Source of the DNA: Octopus sinensis
Lineage: Eukaryota
Assembly: GCF_006345805.1 (NCBI RefSeq)
Contig: NC_043006.1
Coordinates: 105,090,001 to 105,154,000, forward strand
DNA: 64,000 bases
Direction: 5' to 3'
This document shows positions 26,136 to 40,044 of this stretch, in pieces. The first letter of the stretch is position 1; the number at the start of each line of letters is the position of its first letter. The notes below the pieces were generated by a model, which worked only from the letters and a program-made list of their open reading frames with translations, was not told where the DNA came from and did not search any database. A program made the position numbers and the translations under genes.

Positions 26136-26454
26136 TTGCATTGTATTCTAAATTTTTATTTGAATATTCCACCATACTGTCTGTGGATTTCAGAAATACC
26201 TCTCTGATTCCTTACTTTAAGAACTAATTTAAACTTTTGGCACAAGGCCGACAATTTCCGTGTAGGGATTAAGTCGGCTTCTTTGAAATAATATCTGATG
26301 TACATACTTAGGAAAGGTTTTGTGTGTATTCTATTTGCTGATCATCTCACAAATAGATGTCATGCTTTTAGCACCAACCCACCACCCTCACTCTCTCGTC
26401 CCTTTCTCTTCTTGTCATAATATATAGAGACTTATTATTGAAGTGTTTAACTGG

Positions 26455-26585
26455 TGCTTATTTTATCGACCTAAACGGCTGAAAGCAAAGTCGGCGTCGG
26501 TGGAAATTGAACTCAGACATAAACACTGACGAAATGCCGTAGAATCGCTGTACTCGATGTTCGAACGATTCTGCCAGTTCTCCGT
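26455..26585 (-). mobile_element. S1 SINE fragment
   Basis: Reverse complement of the S1 core. Confidence 0.7.
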
Positions 26586-26809
26586 CCTCATTCGTTACTC
26601 TAAGTATTAATGGCGAAATTTTGTTTCGTGAAATACCCAACTCTTTCTTTACTTTCTGCTAACTTCTCACTCAACCCCAACTTTGATTCGGACTTACATG
26701 CAAGGGGCACATTAAACAACTTGTGTACAATATATCTCTTTGAATCTTTCCGATCTTTAATTTGTTTCAATCATTGGACAGTGGTCATGCAGGAACAAGA
26801 TCATGAAGG

Positions 26810-27006
26810 GTTTTAGTCGAACGAGTGGATACCAGTACTAATTTTTTAAACCCTGGTACTTATTTTATCGGTTCTATTGCTGAACTGCTAGATTAAACGG
26901 ACGTACAGAAACAACACAGATTATCAAGCGGTTGTAGGGGACGACCACAGATACAAACGCGTACACACACACACACTCACACACTCACACACACACACAC
27001 ATCACA

Positions 27007-27040
<34 letters not shown>
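26810..27040 (-). mobile_element. AB SINE tail fragment plus (CA)n
   Basis: Similar to 6240-6420. Confidence 0.6.
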
Positions 27041-27041
<1 letters not shown>

Positions 27042-27047
<6 letters not shown>

Positions 27048-27931
27048 GTGCGGTGAAAAACTGTTGTCTAAATTACGCAAAAATTAAAATAACCCTGACA
27101 TCTCATTTTAACATATATATATTTACCAAAATTACATAAAAATATCTTGAAATACTAAAGAGTAAATTTATTCATTAAGTCGACATTGGCTTCAGCCTCC
27201 AAACGACTTCGGAATGTCCTGCAACTCTTCGGGACGGTTTCTTTGTTTAAGTTGATGAATGTTGCCATAGTCTTTGCCTTCAATTCATTATTGGTGTTAA
27301 AAGGAGTTTTGTGGGTTTCTCGCTCAACTGTGCCCCACACATAATAATCAAGGGGTTGCAATCTGGGGAGTTAGGTGGCCAGGTGTTAGGGATGATGTGG
27401 TCGCAGAAATTATCTGACAGCCGTGACTGGGTTCTCCTGCTTGTGTAGCATGGTGCAGAGTCCTGTTGTTAGACACAGGGTCTTCCAGCAGTCACCCTCT
27501 TGACCCAGGGCAACATTAATTCCTCCAGGTACTTGATGTTGGCCTCCGTGTTGAGTCAGAGGCAGTTTGGGAAGATAAATGGAGGCGTAACGTCGCTATC
27601 ACTAGTGATCACTCCAAACACCATAATGTTGACTGGATGTTTGATTTTTATCACTCTCGGTACATGTTTTGGGGTCAAGGCAAGCCAACGGTTGACACCC
27701 AAACACTCTAAAATGTTCGTATTGGAGCTTCCGGCGCGAATGTCAAGCAGTACAGCATATCGTGTCCAAATTTCCGGCTGAGTGAATGGTGCCATGGTGC
27801 TGTTTTTCTCACAAATATTGTCCAACTGACCCTAGCGTTCTGTGTAGTCGGCAAAATAAAAGACAAACAAACAGTGCGCATGCACGAAATTAAAACTTGA
27901 AATGTTGACAATTTACCCATCGCACTCTGTG
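27042..27931 (-). mobile_element. Tc1/mariner-superfamily deletion derivative, maT-like (DD37D)
   Basis: Translation KHPVNIMVFGVITSD, then QQDSAPCYTSRRTQSRLSDNFCDHIIPNTWPPNSPDCNPL(D)YYVWG. There are 37 residues between D2 and D3 once a 1-nt frameshift is repaired. TIRs are imperfect. Confidence 0.8.
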
Positions 27932-27979
27932 TATATATACGAGAGTAAAAACTTATACGTACCTCTTTTTTTTAGAACT

Positions 27980-28320
27980 AGTAGAATCGATACCGTCGAA
28001 CAATATGCTTAGCGGCATTTCGTCCAAATTTACGTTCTGAGTTCGAACAGCGCTAAGGTCACTCTGCCATTCATCCTTTCGGGGTTGATGACATAAGTAC
28101 CTCTTGAATCCAGGGTCGATCTAATTTACTTACTTCCTCCCTCAAAATTGCTCGCCTTGTGCCGAGACTTGTAAACGATATTTCATATTCTTAAGGCATA
28201 GAGCCGATAGCATAGTTACCGCGTCGGACAAAATGCTTAGCGGCATTTCGTTCTGAGCTTGAATAGCGCCAGGGTCTACTCTGCCTTCCATCCTTTCCGG
28301 GTCGATAAAGTCCTAAGTCG
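27980..28320 (+). mobile_element. two adjacent S1 SINE copies
   Basis: ATGCTTAGCGGCATTTCGT...TTCTGAG occurs twice. Confidence 0.75.
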
Positions 28321-29269
28321 GCTACAGTTGTGCTGGTGTTATGAAATAAAATCTATTCATGATTATTCTGTCTTTTCATCAGATATAACGTACTTTAGAC
28401 TATATTACATTATGCAATGGTTATAAGATTGTAGGACTTTAGTTGCTGTTGAGTACTGGTGTCTATATCGCTGACTTCATCCTTATCCCGAAATTGCTGG
28501 AGCTGTACCAAAATTTGAAGTCAATATCTAATATTCTTAATGTGTGTATATAATGTCCTTATTTGTCATGGAACTCTCAAATTGTACAGAGATGTGAAAG
28601 CTTCTCTGTTCAACGTATTGAACTTCCTCTACCGGTAATATACTATACCACGTCTCTTGTAAAACTTTCTATACGGTAGTTTTGCAACAACTAGTGCCAC
28701 GTTTCAATGGTGATGTTATGTTTAGGAGAGAAACTTGCATCCTCTTCACTCTTCAGTCCTTTTAATCACAGGGCATCGTAGCTGTGCCGTTTATTGACAT
28801 TTCAGATTCTGCTCATCATCAGATGGAGGAACAATTACAACCTTGAGAGTGTGACTTCACAAACAGTGATACAAACGTTTGCAAGTTTGATGCAAACATA
28901 GGACAGATAGAGCTCTGTTCCTGTAATTAACTACGATATCAGCTTTCTATTTACCGCTTGTATTTCGTGTTTGAGGGCAATTACGCCATCTACTACAGCC
29001 TCTCGTCAGCGGTTCCTCTACATATTGCATCGTCTAGCATGAAGTTGTATATAGCTAGTGCTTTGTAACTTCATTATCACCATTGCACATCACGGAAGTA
29101 ACCAACAACCGGGTACTATTGCTTCTTTTGTTTTGTTAGGTCGTCCATTTTCTTTGTGCGGTATACACTTTGATCGATAAGTCTTACACCCATCTGTTAG
29201 CGAATGGTAATAGCAATTCTCTTTCTTACTCTCTCTCTCTCTCTCTTCCTTCCTCCCACTATGTTTTAC

Positions 29270-29379
29270 TATATATATAGATGCATATATATGTGTATAT
29301 ATATATATATATGTATACACCATACATATATTACAAATACATTATGTATACATTTCATACATAGATACATACTACACAC

Positions 29380-29466
<87 letters not shown>

Positions 29467-29590
29467 CACATATATATGTATGTATGTATATATGTATATA
29501 TATATATATATATATATAAATACGTTATACTCACATGCACACACATACACCACATACAAGTACACAACCCAACACACAACACACACACAA
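29270..29590. repeat. (TA)n/(CA)n microsatellite
   Basis: Directly visible. Confidence 0.9.
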
Positions 29591-30436
29591 ACTTTTAGCA
29601 ACGTTTCTTTTCTTTTATTTCTTGCTGCGAATACGCCTAACGGATAATTTGGACAATTTTCTTTTCTTATAAAAGCTGTACAATATCATTTAGCTTGCGA
29701 AAACTATTGAATTACAACGTTAAAAGTGATTTCATTTCGCCTCGCCTAAATAGTTCTGCAAACTTTGAGCTTTCTATAAAGTCTGTTTAAAATTACATTG
29801 ATATCTCAGTCACAAATTTATAGTATATAAGTATAGTCGCTTCATCGATCTACGTACATGTCTAGTATATAGCTTATCGATCTCTCAGTTTATGTCCAAA
29901 GAAAAAAAAGATCTCTATTAAAAATTAATTTCCAACATTAGCTCAAGGCCAAAAATGTTGTGTAGTATGGTAATCGATTATATCCAATACTCTAAGGAAT
30001 ATTAAAGATTTCTAGCTAATGCACAAGACCTAAGAATTGCTTATTATATCGATTCGGTGAAGTTTGAGATCGGACCATGCAGAAGTAATGGAACGACTAA
30101 ATCTACCAGTTTTGTGATTCATCGCCTCTTCCAAAAAAAAAATTAGCTATAAATCATACACAGAGCGGAAGGCAGCCGTATAAATTCGATCATAATACAC
30201 GACTTCTTTATTTCAGGGACCCAATAAGAATGAAATGTAAGTCGACCTCGGCGGGATTTGAACTCCGGGAGTACCTGTATAACTGCAAGGTACTTAATTC
30301 AGTTTTATAATCTTTTAAAATTTGTATCAATGCATTATACAGAAAGAAAGAAATTTAGAAGGAAAGATTGATCAATTATATGAACCCGAGACTTAACTGG
30401 AATATATTTTAATTGACCTTGAAAGAGTGATATGTA

Positions 30437-30649
30437 CGAGGGTGAACAGAATAGTTCCTGGCTTTGGGTAAAAGAGAACCTAGGGGCATCAGCTAATTAT
30501 GATTTTATGCAACATATTTCCCAACTAGGTTCACACAGATGTAGCTGTCCTTCAAGTTCTCTAAACCCTGTAAAAGGAGTCGGAAGGGTAGGCCTCCAGC
30601 CAGGCCTTCCGCGCTACCCTTAAAGCCAGGAACTTTTTAGCATCTCAAC
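30437..30649. mobile_element. mariner-derived MITE
   Basis: TA|CGAGGGTGAACAGAATAGTTCCTGGCTTT at the left and AAAGCCAGGAACTTTT at the right form inverted termini. Confidence 0.7.
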
Positions 30650-31579
30650 AGGATTTGATCTCAGAACATAACGAACCGTGACAAGATACCGCAAAGTATT
30701 TTGTCGAGGCGCTATAGCTAATTGTGTAATATAAAAATCTATTAAATGATGGAAGGAGAGGATCGCCATCGTACGTCTATAAGGATTCAGTCGTTCAATC
30801 ATCCGAATTACCTGCTTAATGAACGTCTCACATGGCTGAGTATACCTACAGATACACGTACTTTTAATGTCGTTCTTAATCAGGATTAACGTGATAGCGA
30901 GTGTGTTGCAAGGCTGTGTCATCTAGAAAACGGAAGTAGGTGAACTTCTAGAAGTTCCATCGACCCAGTTTCACGTAATGCTAAAGAAAATAAAATTTGC
31001 TCAAGGTGCAAGGCAGTGGGACCGAACCCGTGACCACATGGTGACGGAACAAATGTCTAAACCATTCAGCCATACTACGCCTAAAAATTAGTTCAATAAA
31101 AACTACTAAAACTGCATACTGAATAAATAATGTTGAAGTCTTCTACTTGAAATTCCAACAAACTGAAAAGCCAAGATGCAAATTTATGATATAAATTTCT
31201 GATGAATTATAAAGCGCCATCTGTACTTGTTTAGTGACTGGAATTTGAAGCAATTGTAATGGAAAGGGGATTATATCAGTAAGATATTTTCTTCGTTTTA
31301 TCTGTTCATAGACGTTGTAATGCGGTGGTATAAGAATTCTTAGCTTACAAATTGACTGCAGATACGAAATTTGCTTCAATACTTATTAATCTCTGCATTT
31401 TGAAATTCCTCTTTCATCCATCCATCCATCCATCCATCTATCCATCCATCCACTAATAAAACTTCATCCATCCATCAATTGTCTCTGCCCACTATTTCTC
31501 GAAGGGTCATGGGGGTAGAATCGTGGGGGTAGAATCCTGAGGCAAATCCCCAACATAGTCCAGTCAGAACCAAGCGTCA

Positions 31580-32660
31580 CAGGCGGCGGAGAGATGGCAG
31601 AAACGTTAGCACACCGGGCGAAGTACTTAGCGGTATTTCGTCTGCCGTTACGTTGTGAGTTCAGATTCCGCCGAGGTTGACTTTGCCTTTCATCCTTTCG
31701 GGGTCGATAAATTAAGTACCAGTTCCGCACTGGTAATCGACTTAATACCTATGCCTGTCCTTGTTTGTCCCCTCTATGTTTAGCCCCTTGTGGGTAATAA
31801 AGAAATAGGTATTTCGTCTGACGCTACGTTCTGAGTTCAAATTCCGCCGAGGTCGACTTTGTTTTTCATCCTTTCGGGGTCGATAAATTAAATACCAGTT
31901 ACGCACCAGGACAGACAACCCCCTTTGTCTGTCCTTGTTTGTCGCCCTGTGTGTAGCCCCTTGTGGGCAGTAAGGAAAAAAGAAACAAGCGTCACAATAC
32001 TTCCCGGTTAAATAAGTACCAGTTACGCACTGGGGTCGATATAATCGACTTCATCCATTTGTCTGTTCTTGTTTGCCCCCTCTGTGTTTAGCCGCTTGTG
32101 GGCAGTAACGAAATAGGTATTTCGTCTGCCGTTACGTTCTCAGTTCAAATTCCGCCGAGGTTGACTTTGCCTTTCATCCTTTCGGGGTCGATTAAATAAG
32201 TACCAGTTACGCACTGGGGTCGATATAATCGACTTAATTCGTTTGTCTGTTCTTGTTTTCCCCCTCTGTGTCTAGCCTCTTGTGGGCAGTAAAGAAATAG
32301 GTATTTCGTCCGCCGAGGTCGACTTTGCCTTTCATCCTTTCGGGGTCGATTAAATAAGTACCAGTTACGCACTGGGGTCGATATAATCGACTTCATCCGT
32401 TTGTCTGTTCTTGTTTGCCCCCTCTGTGTCTAGCCCCTTGTGGGCAGTAAAGAAATAGGTATTTCGTCTGCCGTTACGTTCTGAGTTCAAATTCCGACGA
32501 GGTCGACTTTGTCTTTCATCCTTTCGGGGTCGATAAATTAAATACCAGTTACGCACCAGGACAGACAACCCCCTTTGTCTGTCCTTGTTTGTCGCCCTGT
32601 GTGTAGCCCCTTGTGGGCAGTAAGGAAATAAGAAACAAGCGTCACGATACTTCCTGGTTA
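31580..32660 (+). mobile_element. tandem multimer of S1 SINE units
   Basis: One A-box head (GATGGCAGAAACG). Units restart at GGTATTTCGTC at 31632, 31808, 32116, 32300 and 32458. Confidence 0.9.
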
Positions 32661-33019
32661 GATTTCCAAGAGTGACCATCTAAGACTATCGATGTTATCC
32701 ATCCATTTCCTTCTTAGTCTACTTCTAGGTCTTCTGCCCTGCCGATTGGCTCGGTTGGTAGAGTCCGTCTTATGATGCCTTTCAGCTACATTCTTATCAC
32801 ATATCTGTAGTACATTACGCCTCTGCATGGAAAGAGTCCTTGATCTCCGACCTACGTACCTGGTCGAGGAAAGTTACTCCAGAGACCCTTTACAGGAACA
32901 GCAATGTTCAGTCGCTTACATTTTTTTTTTGTCTCGTTCATTTTCCAAGAGTCACCAAATTGTGTGTGAACTCTACTTTTCGCCATTAGAGGGAATTATA
33001 ATGTACTCTTTTATCTTTT

Positions 33020-34290
<1,271 letters not shown>

Positions 34291-34554
34291 CTATTTAATT
34301 TCATTTAAAAGAAACTAATCTTCGAATAAATAGCTTTACTGAAATGGAGTACTGTGTAAGCCTCAGATATGGTGTCTGAATAAACTATTAAAACTAAAGG
34401 AATAATGTTTTGGTAGTCATGAGACAAATGAGCTGCTTTCAGTCAAGTCAACCCACCAACCAACCAACCAGCCAGCCAACAAGCCAATCGGCAAACTACT
34501 CAATAATGCCTAAGGGTTTGTGGAAGAAGAGAAGTATATTAAATGTTTTTTACT

Positions 34555-34674
34555 GATCATCATCATCATCATCATCATCATATTCATTATTATTAATATT
34601 ACTAATTTTAGTATTAATAATAGTAGTGGCAGTATTGATAGTTGCAGCAGCAGTAGTAGCAGTAGTATTAGTAT

Positions 34675-34731
<57 letters not shown>

Positions 34732-34735
34732 AAGT
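34555..34735. repeat. (ATC)n/(AGT)n trinucleotide repeats
   Basis: Directly visible. Confidence 0.95.
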
Positions 34736-35144
34736 TGCTGTTGATGTTGTTTAGGTTTAGCTTCATGACAACCACATACCTGTGTATGTGCGTATATACA
34801 TATATATGTGTGTGTGTGTGTGTGTACATACATATATGCCCTTGCGTGTGAACTAAATAGATCTGAAACCATAGACCGAAGACGGTGAGTATGAACTGTT
34901 ATACACTGTAAGTTTATTACTAACAAGTTGCGCTGGGTAAACATTTATAGAATTGTTTGCCTTCTTGTAAGACATTGCAAGAAGACGACTGATAAATTAT
35001 CAACGAAATTCATGAATTGTCTGAAATATATAATATGAAACTTTAACCCTTACTTATTTCGAAGACATGCTAACTTAAATTATGAAATACATAATCTTAA
35101 TAATATTAAATCTCTGAGCGAGAAGTAAACAGTGGCACTTCGGA

Positions 35145-35727
35145 ATCGTAAAATATAATTGCCAACTATATGTGGCAGTCCTTTAGAGGACGATGCTACT
35201 GTTGTTTTTAGCCCCAGCAGGACATCTCCCCATCTGGCTAACGACACACTGTCTGTGTCCGATTAGTATTTGCGAGGGAAAATCATCGTTCCCATCTCTA
35301 GACTTACGTGATACACACAGAGCCGGGTTTCTGGTTAGTAACCCGTCATCAGTGTGTGATAATCACGAGCTAGGCACGAAAACTTATTCCTTTCGCTCAG
35401 AGATTTAATATTGCTTTTTTCCCCTTTTTCGAGATCAGCGACTGTTTGCCACTGGAAAAAGCATATCGTATGTTGCGTGTGGAATGACTTTTCATCACTA
35501 GCTCGTAATTATCACACACTATTGACGGGTTACTATCCAGAAACCCGGCTCTGTGTGTATCACGTGAGGCTAGAGATGGGAACGATGATTTCCCTTCGCA
35601 GATACTAATCGGACAGAGACAGTGTATCGTTAAGCAGCTGGTGGAGATGTCCTCCTGGGGCTAAAAACAACAGTAGCATCGTCCTCTATGGAACCACCAC
35701 ATTTAGTTGGAAATTATATTTTACGAT
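35145..35727. mobile_element. foldback element with ~230-bp inverted arms carrying HHR-like motifs
   Basis: Arms at 35145-35373 and 35498-35727. Motifs at 35314-35358 (-) and 35513-35557 (+). Confidence 0.8.
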
Positions 35728-36749
35728 ATATAATCATATTCTTACCAATAATACCCACTTCCTAAAACTATAGACGTTTTTGTCAAATTTGAAGCAATTG
35801 TTGTTAATTTTTCTCTTAATATAATTCATCACGATATTACTGCCAGGTTTGTAAGGGTGACGTAGATGGTAAATTTACTGAGCAGTAATTAATTTCGTTG
35901 ATTAATGACCAATTTAAAATCCTGCCAATCAGCTTCCACATGACATTTTATCGTGTCGTTGTTTTGCAGGGAATATTTAATATGTTCAATTCAACAGGCC
36001 ATATCTGCTCCAACACATTTCGTGCGCATAGATACAAAATGCTAAATTATGGAATAAGATATATAATAATAATTAAAAATATGCAATATGAAATTATATC
36101 GTTCAGGGGTCAACAATTGACCGGTATACATCGAAACCCAAGAAGCATTGTAAACGCATAACCATATGAGGGATTTTTCACTTCGTCAGCAGGATAGATG
36201 TTGTAGGCGTCATAATTTCAATACGTACAAACTTAGAAGTGGAGACGTCTTAAAAGGTTTTGTTTCATTTCTTTTATTCTTTTTTCTCATGATCCTTTAT
36301 TATATAGTAATAATATGTTAGTGATTCAAAACAAGTAAATGCTACTTCATGTATGACGCATTTCCCTTATAATAATGTAGCAAAAAGAAAGACGAACGAA
36401 GAGAACTACAAGTACACCTAGCTGCTACACGAGAACGAGTAAGGCTCGGCAACAAGTGAGATTCTCTCTCTTGTTGCTTTACATGCGGAAATTGTCATGA
36501 CCTGACCTAGTCATCATATTGACGTCTTTCTCGACCTTAACCCAGCTGAGCGGGAGAGAGAAGTGACAGCTAGTTTTTGTTAATAGCTAATTATACTAGA
36601 GTAACGTAAAATGAAGTATGTTAAAGCGAGTAACTCTTGGTATCAAAACAGATGCTCGCTTTGCTAACGGTTGGTTTCGTGTTCAATCCCGTTGCACTGT
36701 ACTTTGAAGAAATGTCTTCATATATACATACAGATATATATATATATAT

Positions 36750-36900
36750 ATTTCTCTCCTTGTTTTTTCTGTGTCCCTTTCTGTAAAATGGCGTAGGCTC
36801 GAAACGTAAAAGACGTTTTCTATTCCTGAGCGTTATACTAATACATCTGTTTGTTTTGTACACCACCTGTCTTCCTCTTTGTGTTTTTCGTAAACTCTCC
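36750..36900 (+). mobile_element. H1 element, second copy
   Basis: GCGTAGGCTCGAAACGTAAAAG...GAGCGTTATACTAATACAT, homologous to 16490-16672. Confidence 0.7.
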
Positions 36901-36920
36901 CTATATATATATACATACAT

Positions 36921-36974
<54 letters not shown>

Positions 36975-36986
36975 ATATTTACATAC

Positions 36987-37030
<44 letters not shown>

Positions 37031-37059
37031 GTATGTAAATATATATATATATATAATAT

Positions 37060-37408
37060 GAAGGCACGTGGCTCAGTGGTTAGAGCGTCGAGCTTACGAT
37101 CGTGAGGTTGTGAGCTCGAATCCCGGACTGGGCTGCGTGTTGTGTTCTTGAGCAAGGCACTTTATTCCACGTTGCTCCAGTTCACTCAGCTGTAGAAATG
37201 AGTTGCGACGTCACTGGTGCCAAGCTGTATCGACCCCTTTGCCTTTCCCTTGGATAACACTGGTGGCGTGGAGAGGGGAGGCTGTTATGCACGGGCAACT
37301 GCTGGTCTTCCATAAAAACAACCTTGCCCAGACTTGTGCATCAGAGGGTAACTCTCTAAGTGCAAACCCATGGTCAGTGACTGACCGAAGGGGGTCACAA
37401 CAACAACA
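37060..37408 (+). mobile_element. tRNA-derived SINE family C, complete
   Basis: GGCACGTGGCTCAGTGGTTAGAGCG...GCTCGAATCCC (A and B boxes). The central CTTGAGCAAGGCACTT...CAGCTGTAGAAATGAG block resembles CORE/Meta-type domains. Ends in a (CAA)n tail. Confidence 0.9.
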
Positions 37409-37448
37409 AAATATATATATACATATATATATATGTAATATATATATT

Positions 37449-37492
<44 letters not shown>

Positions 37493-37509
37493 GTGTGTGT
37501 GCGTGTGTG

Positions 37510-37682
<173 letters not shown>

Positions 37683-38674
37683 ATTGTCGTATCTGTGTTT
37701 GTGTTTTGTTCGTACTCCACGACCGCTTGACAACCAGTGTTTATTTACTTCCTAAAACAAGAACTTCTCTATCTCTCGCGTGATATGAAATTATTATTGC
37801 TCTCTTTTACATGAACAATATATTTATTATATACAGAGACGAAAAATGGGCATTCTAGGCATGCTAACATTCAGTTATCGATCTTAGCAAAGTAAAATTA
37901 ACTTTACTATGAATCGAAGCCGGGTCACAACATCGGATCACCGATAGCTCGCAGCGTCACTTTGGTGCCAACTAAATAGCATTAAATTCGTAATGAGCAA
38001 TTGGTAGTCATTCATTTGGTCGGTCACAATTTTCAATAATCAATATTTCTATTCGTTTGGTTTAGATACAATTTAATATATTTTCAACTCTTTGCTATTA
38101 AGAAAGAGATTTCACTGAAATATTCTTAGGAGGAAATCAGATATAAATTAGTGGAGTGGTCAATGTCAGACGCAATCTTAAGACGCAAGCAGGAAAAATG
38201 TATTGATTTCTAAGCCACAATTATCATATAGAAGTTACGATGAATTAGATTGCACACGCCTACCGAGGAAGTGACAACAGGTAGAAGGTGGAATCAAGAA
38301 AAATATTAACGGACTGGATCTCGAGATACAATGAAAATAAACAAGATGAAGCGAAGAATTTGATGAATTTCAAAAGAAAGCTGAGCATCAGATACACAAA
38401 GTTAAATGTTGTGGAGAAATATCATGAATATTTCAACTGAATAGTGGGATACAATATATACATGCAGTATGTATTTCTTTATTGCCCACAAGGGGCTAAA
38501 CAAGGCACAAACAAGGACAGAAAAATAGATTAAGTCGATTACATCGACCCCTGCGCGTGTATATGATATACATTACGTCGTCCGTTGTTGTCGAAAGTGA
38601 TCAAAGGCATCACATAGCTCCAAGACACTTCCTTTCCAACCGGGTTCAGTCCTACTGCACGACACATTGACGTC

Positions 38675-38715
<41 letters not shown>

Positions 38716-38799
38716 TAGAGACAAAACCACTATTTTGCAAAACAAACAAGGAAAGACTTAATCAATACATAAAATTTTAATAAATAGTCAAAAAAACCG

Positions 38800-38842
38800 C
38801 CACTACAATCGTTTCTTGTCTTGATCGACAATCTTCAGGTGG
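38800..38842 (-). ncRNA. minimal type I hammerhead ribozyme (sense to the PLE ORF)
   Basis: CCAC-CTGAAGA-TTGTC/GATCAA/GACAA-GAAAC-GATT-GTA^GTGG. Confidence 0.88.
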
Positions 38843-40044
38843 ACTTCCAATCTAAAAAATCAATATTTTAAAATATAAAAATAATAATTTTAAAATAATT
38901 AAAGTATGAATGAAAAAATATAAGTATATAATCCATATATAACCTATATATAATCCATATATAATCAATATATAAACAATATATAAACTAAAAAAAACCT
39001 ATCAACAATTAAATATAAACTATAAAATATAAAATATAAAATATAAAACAAAACAAAAAAATAATAATAATATAATAATAAACTATATATACACCCATAC
39101 ACATATACCTAATTATATATAACCATATCTAACTACATACACTAAATCACACACCTATATATATATCCCTATACATACACATAAAAACGTCTAGGCAACT
39201 ATAAATAAATAAAATAGCTAAATACTTCAACACAATACTTATTCATACTCCCACACACACATACATACAATCCACATTCACGCTCTAGAAAACGGACATC
39301 ACTCAAAACTATGAACGGAGAAATGGAATAAATGGAATTAAAAGTTATATTCACTTGGTAAAAACGAACACTACTTAAAAATTATGAATGAAACAATGCA
39401 ATAAAACAACAGACATCGCAAATAGACACAAATTACTACGAATTCCTTAACAAACCTATCATGATAAACCAAAAACTCATAAAAACATATAATGATAAAT
39501 CTCCCTTTACTAAACTCTATAACAAACCTATATAGCAATCCCCCTAACCTAAACATTCACACACAAATACACACACACGTAAACCACACACCCACGACAT
39601 ATACAAATACCCACACCACTTACACATACCAATACATACATATAAACCTCAACATATACTCCAAAAACCCACTCAACCCCACACAGACAAATAAACACAA
39701 AAATTATGAATGGATTCTTTTATAAAACTACCATGATAAGCTAAAACTCACAAAACAGAAATGATAAAACCTCCCTTTACTAAACACTATAACATACTTA
39801 TATAGCAATCCCTTTAACCTATACATTCACACACAAAAACACACACGTAAACCACACACCCATAACAATACAAACACCTACCCCACTCACACACACCCAC
39901 AAGTACATATAAGCCTCAACATATACACCAAACAAAATTACTTTACCAAGGAACTTAACATATGTATAAAAAGTATAACCGCTCTGGAAACGAACATCTC
40001 TAAATTAATGAATGGAGAAATGGAATAAATGGAATTAAAAATAA

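Noticed and set aside
28790-29015. Two CTGANGA...GAAA patterns on the minus strand
   Set aside because: Helix I is missing in the first, and extra unpaired bases break the core in the second.
31580-32660. CRISPR-like regular repeats
   Set aside because: The units are whole SINE bodies with no unique spacers, in a eukaryotic context with no cas genes.
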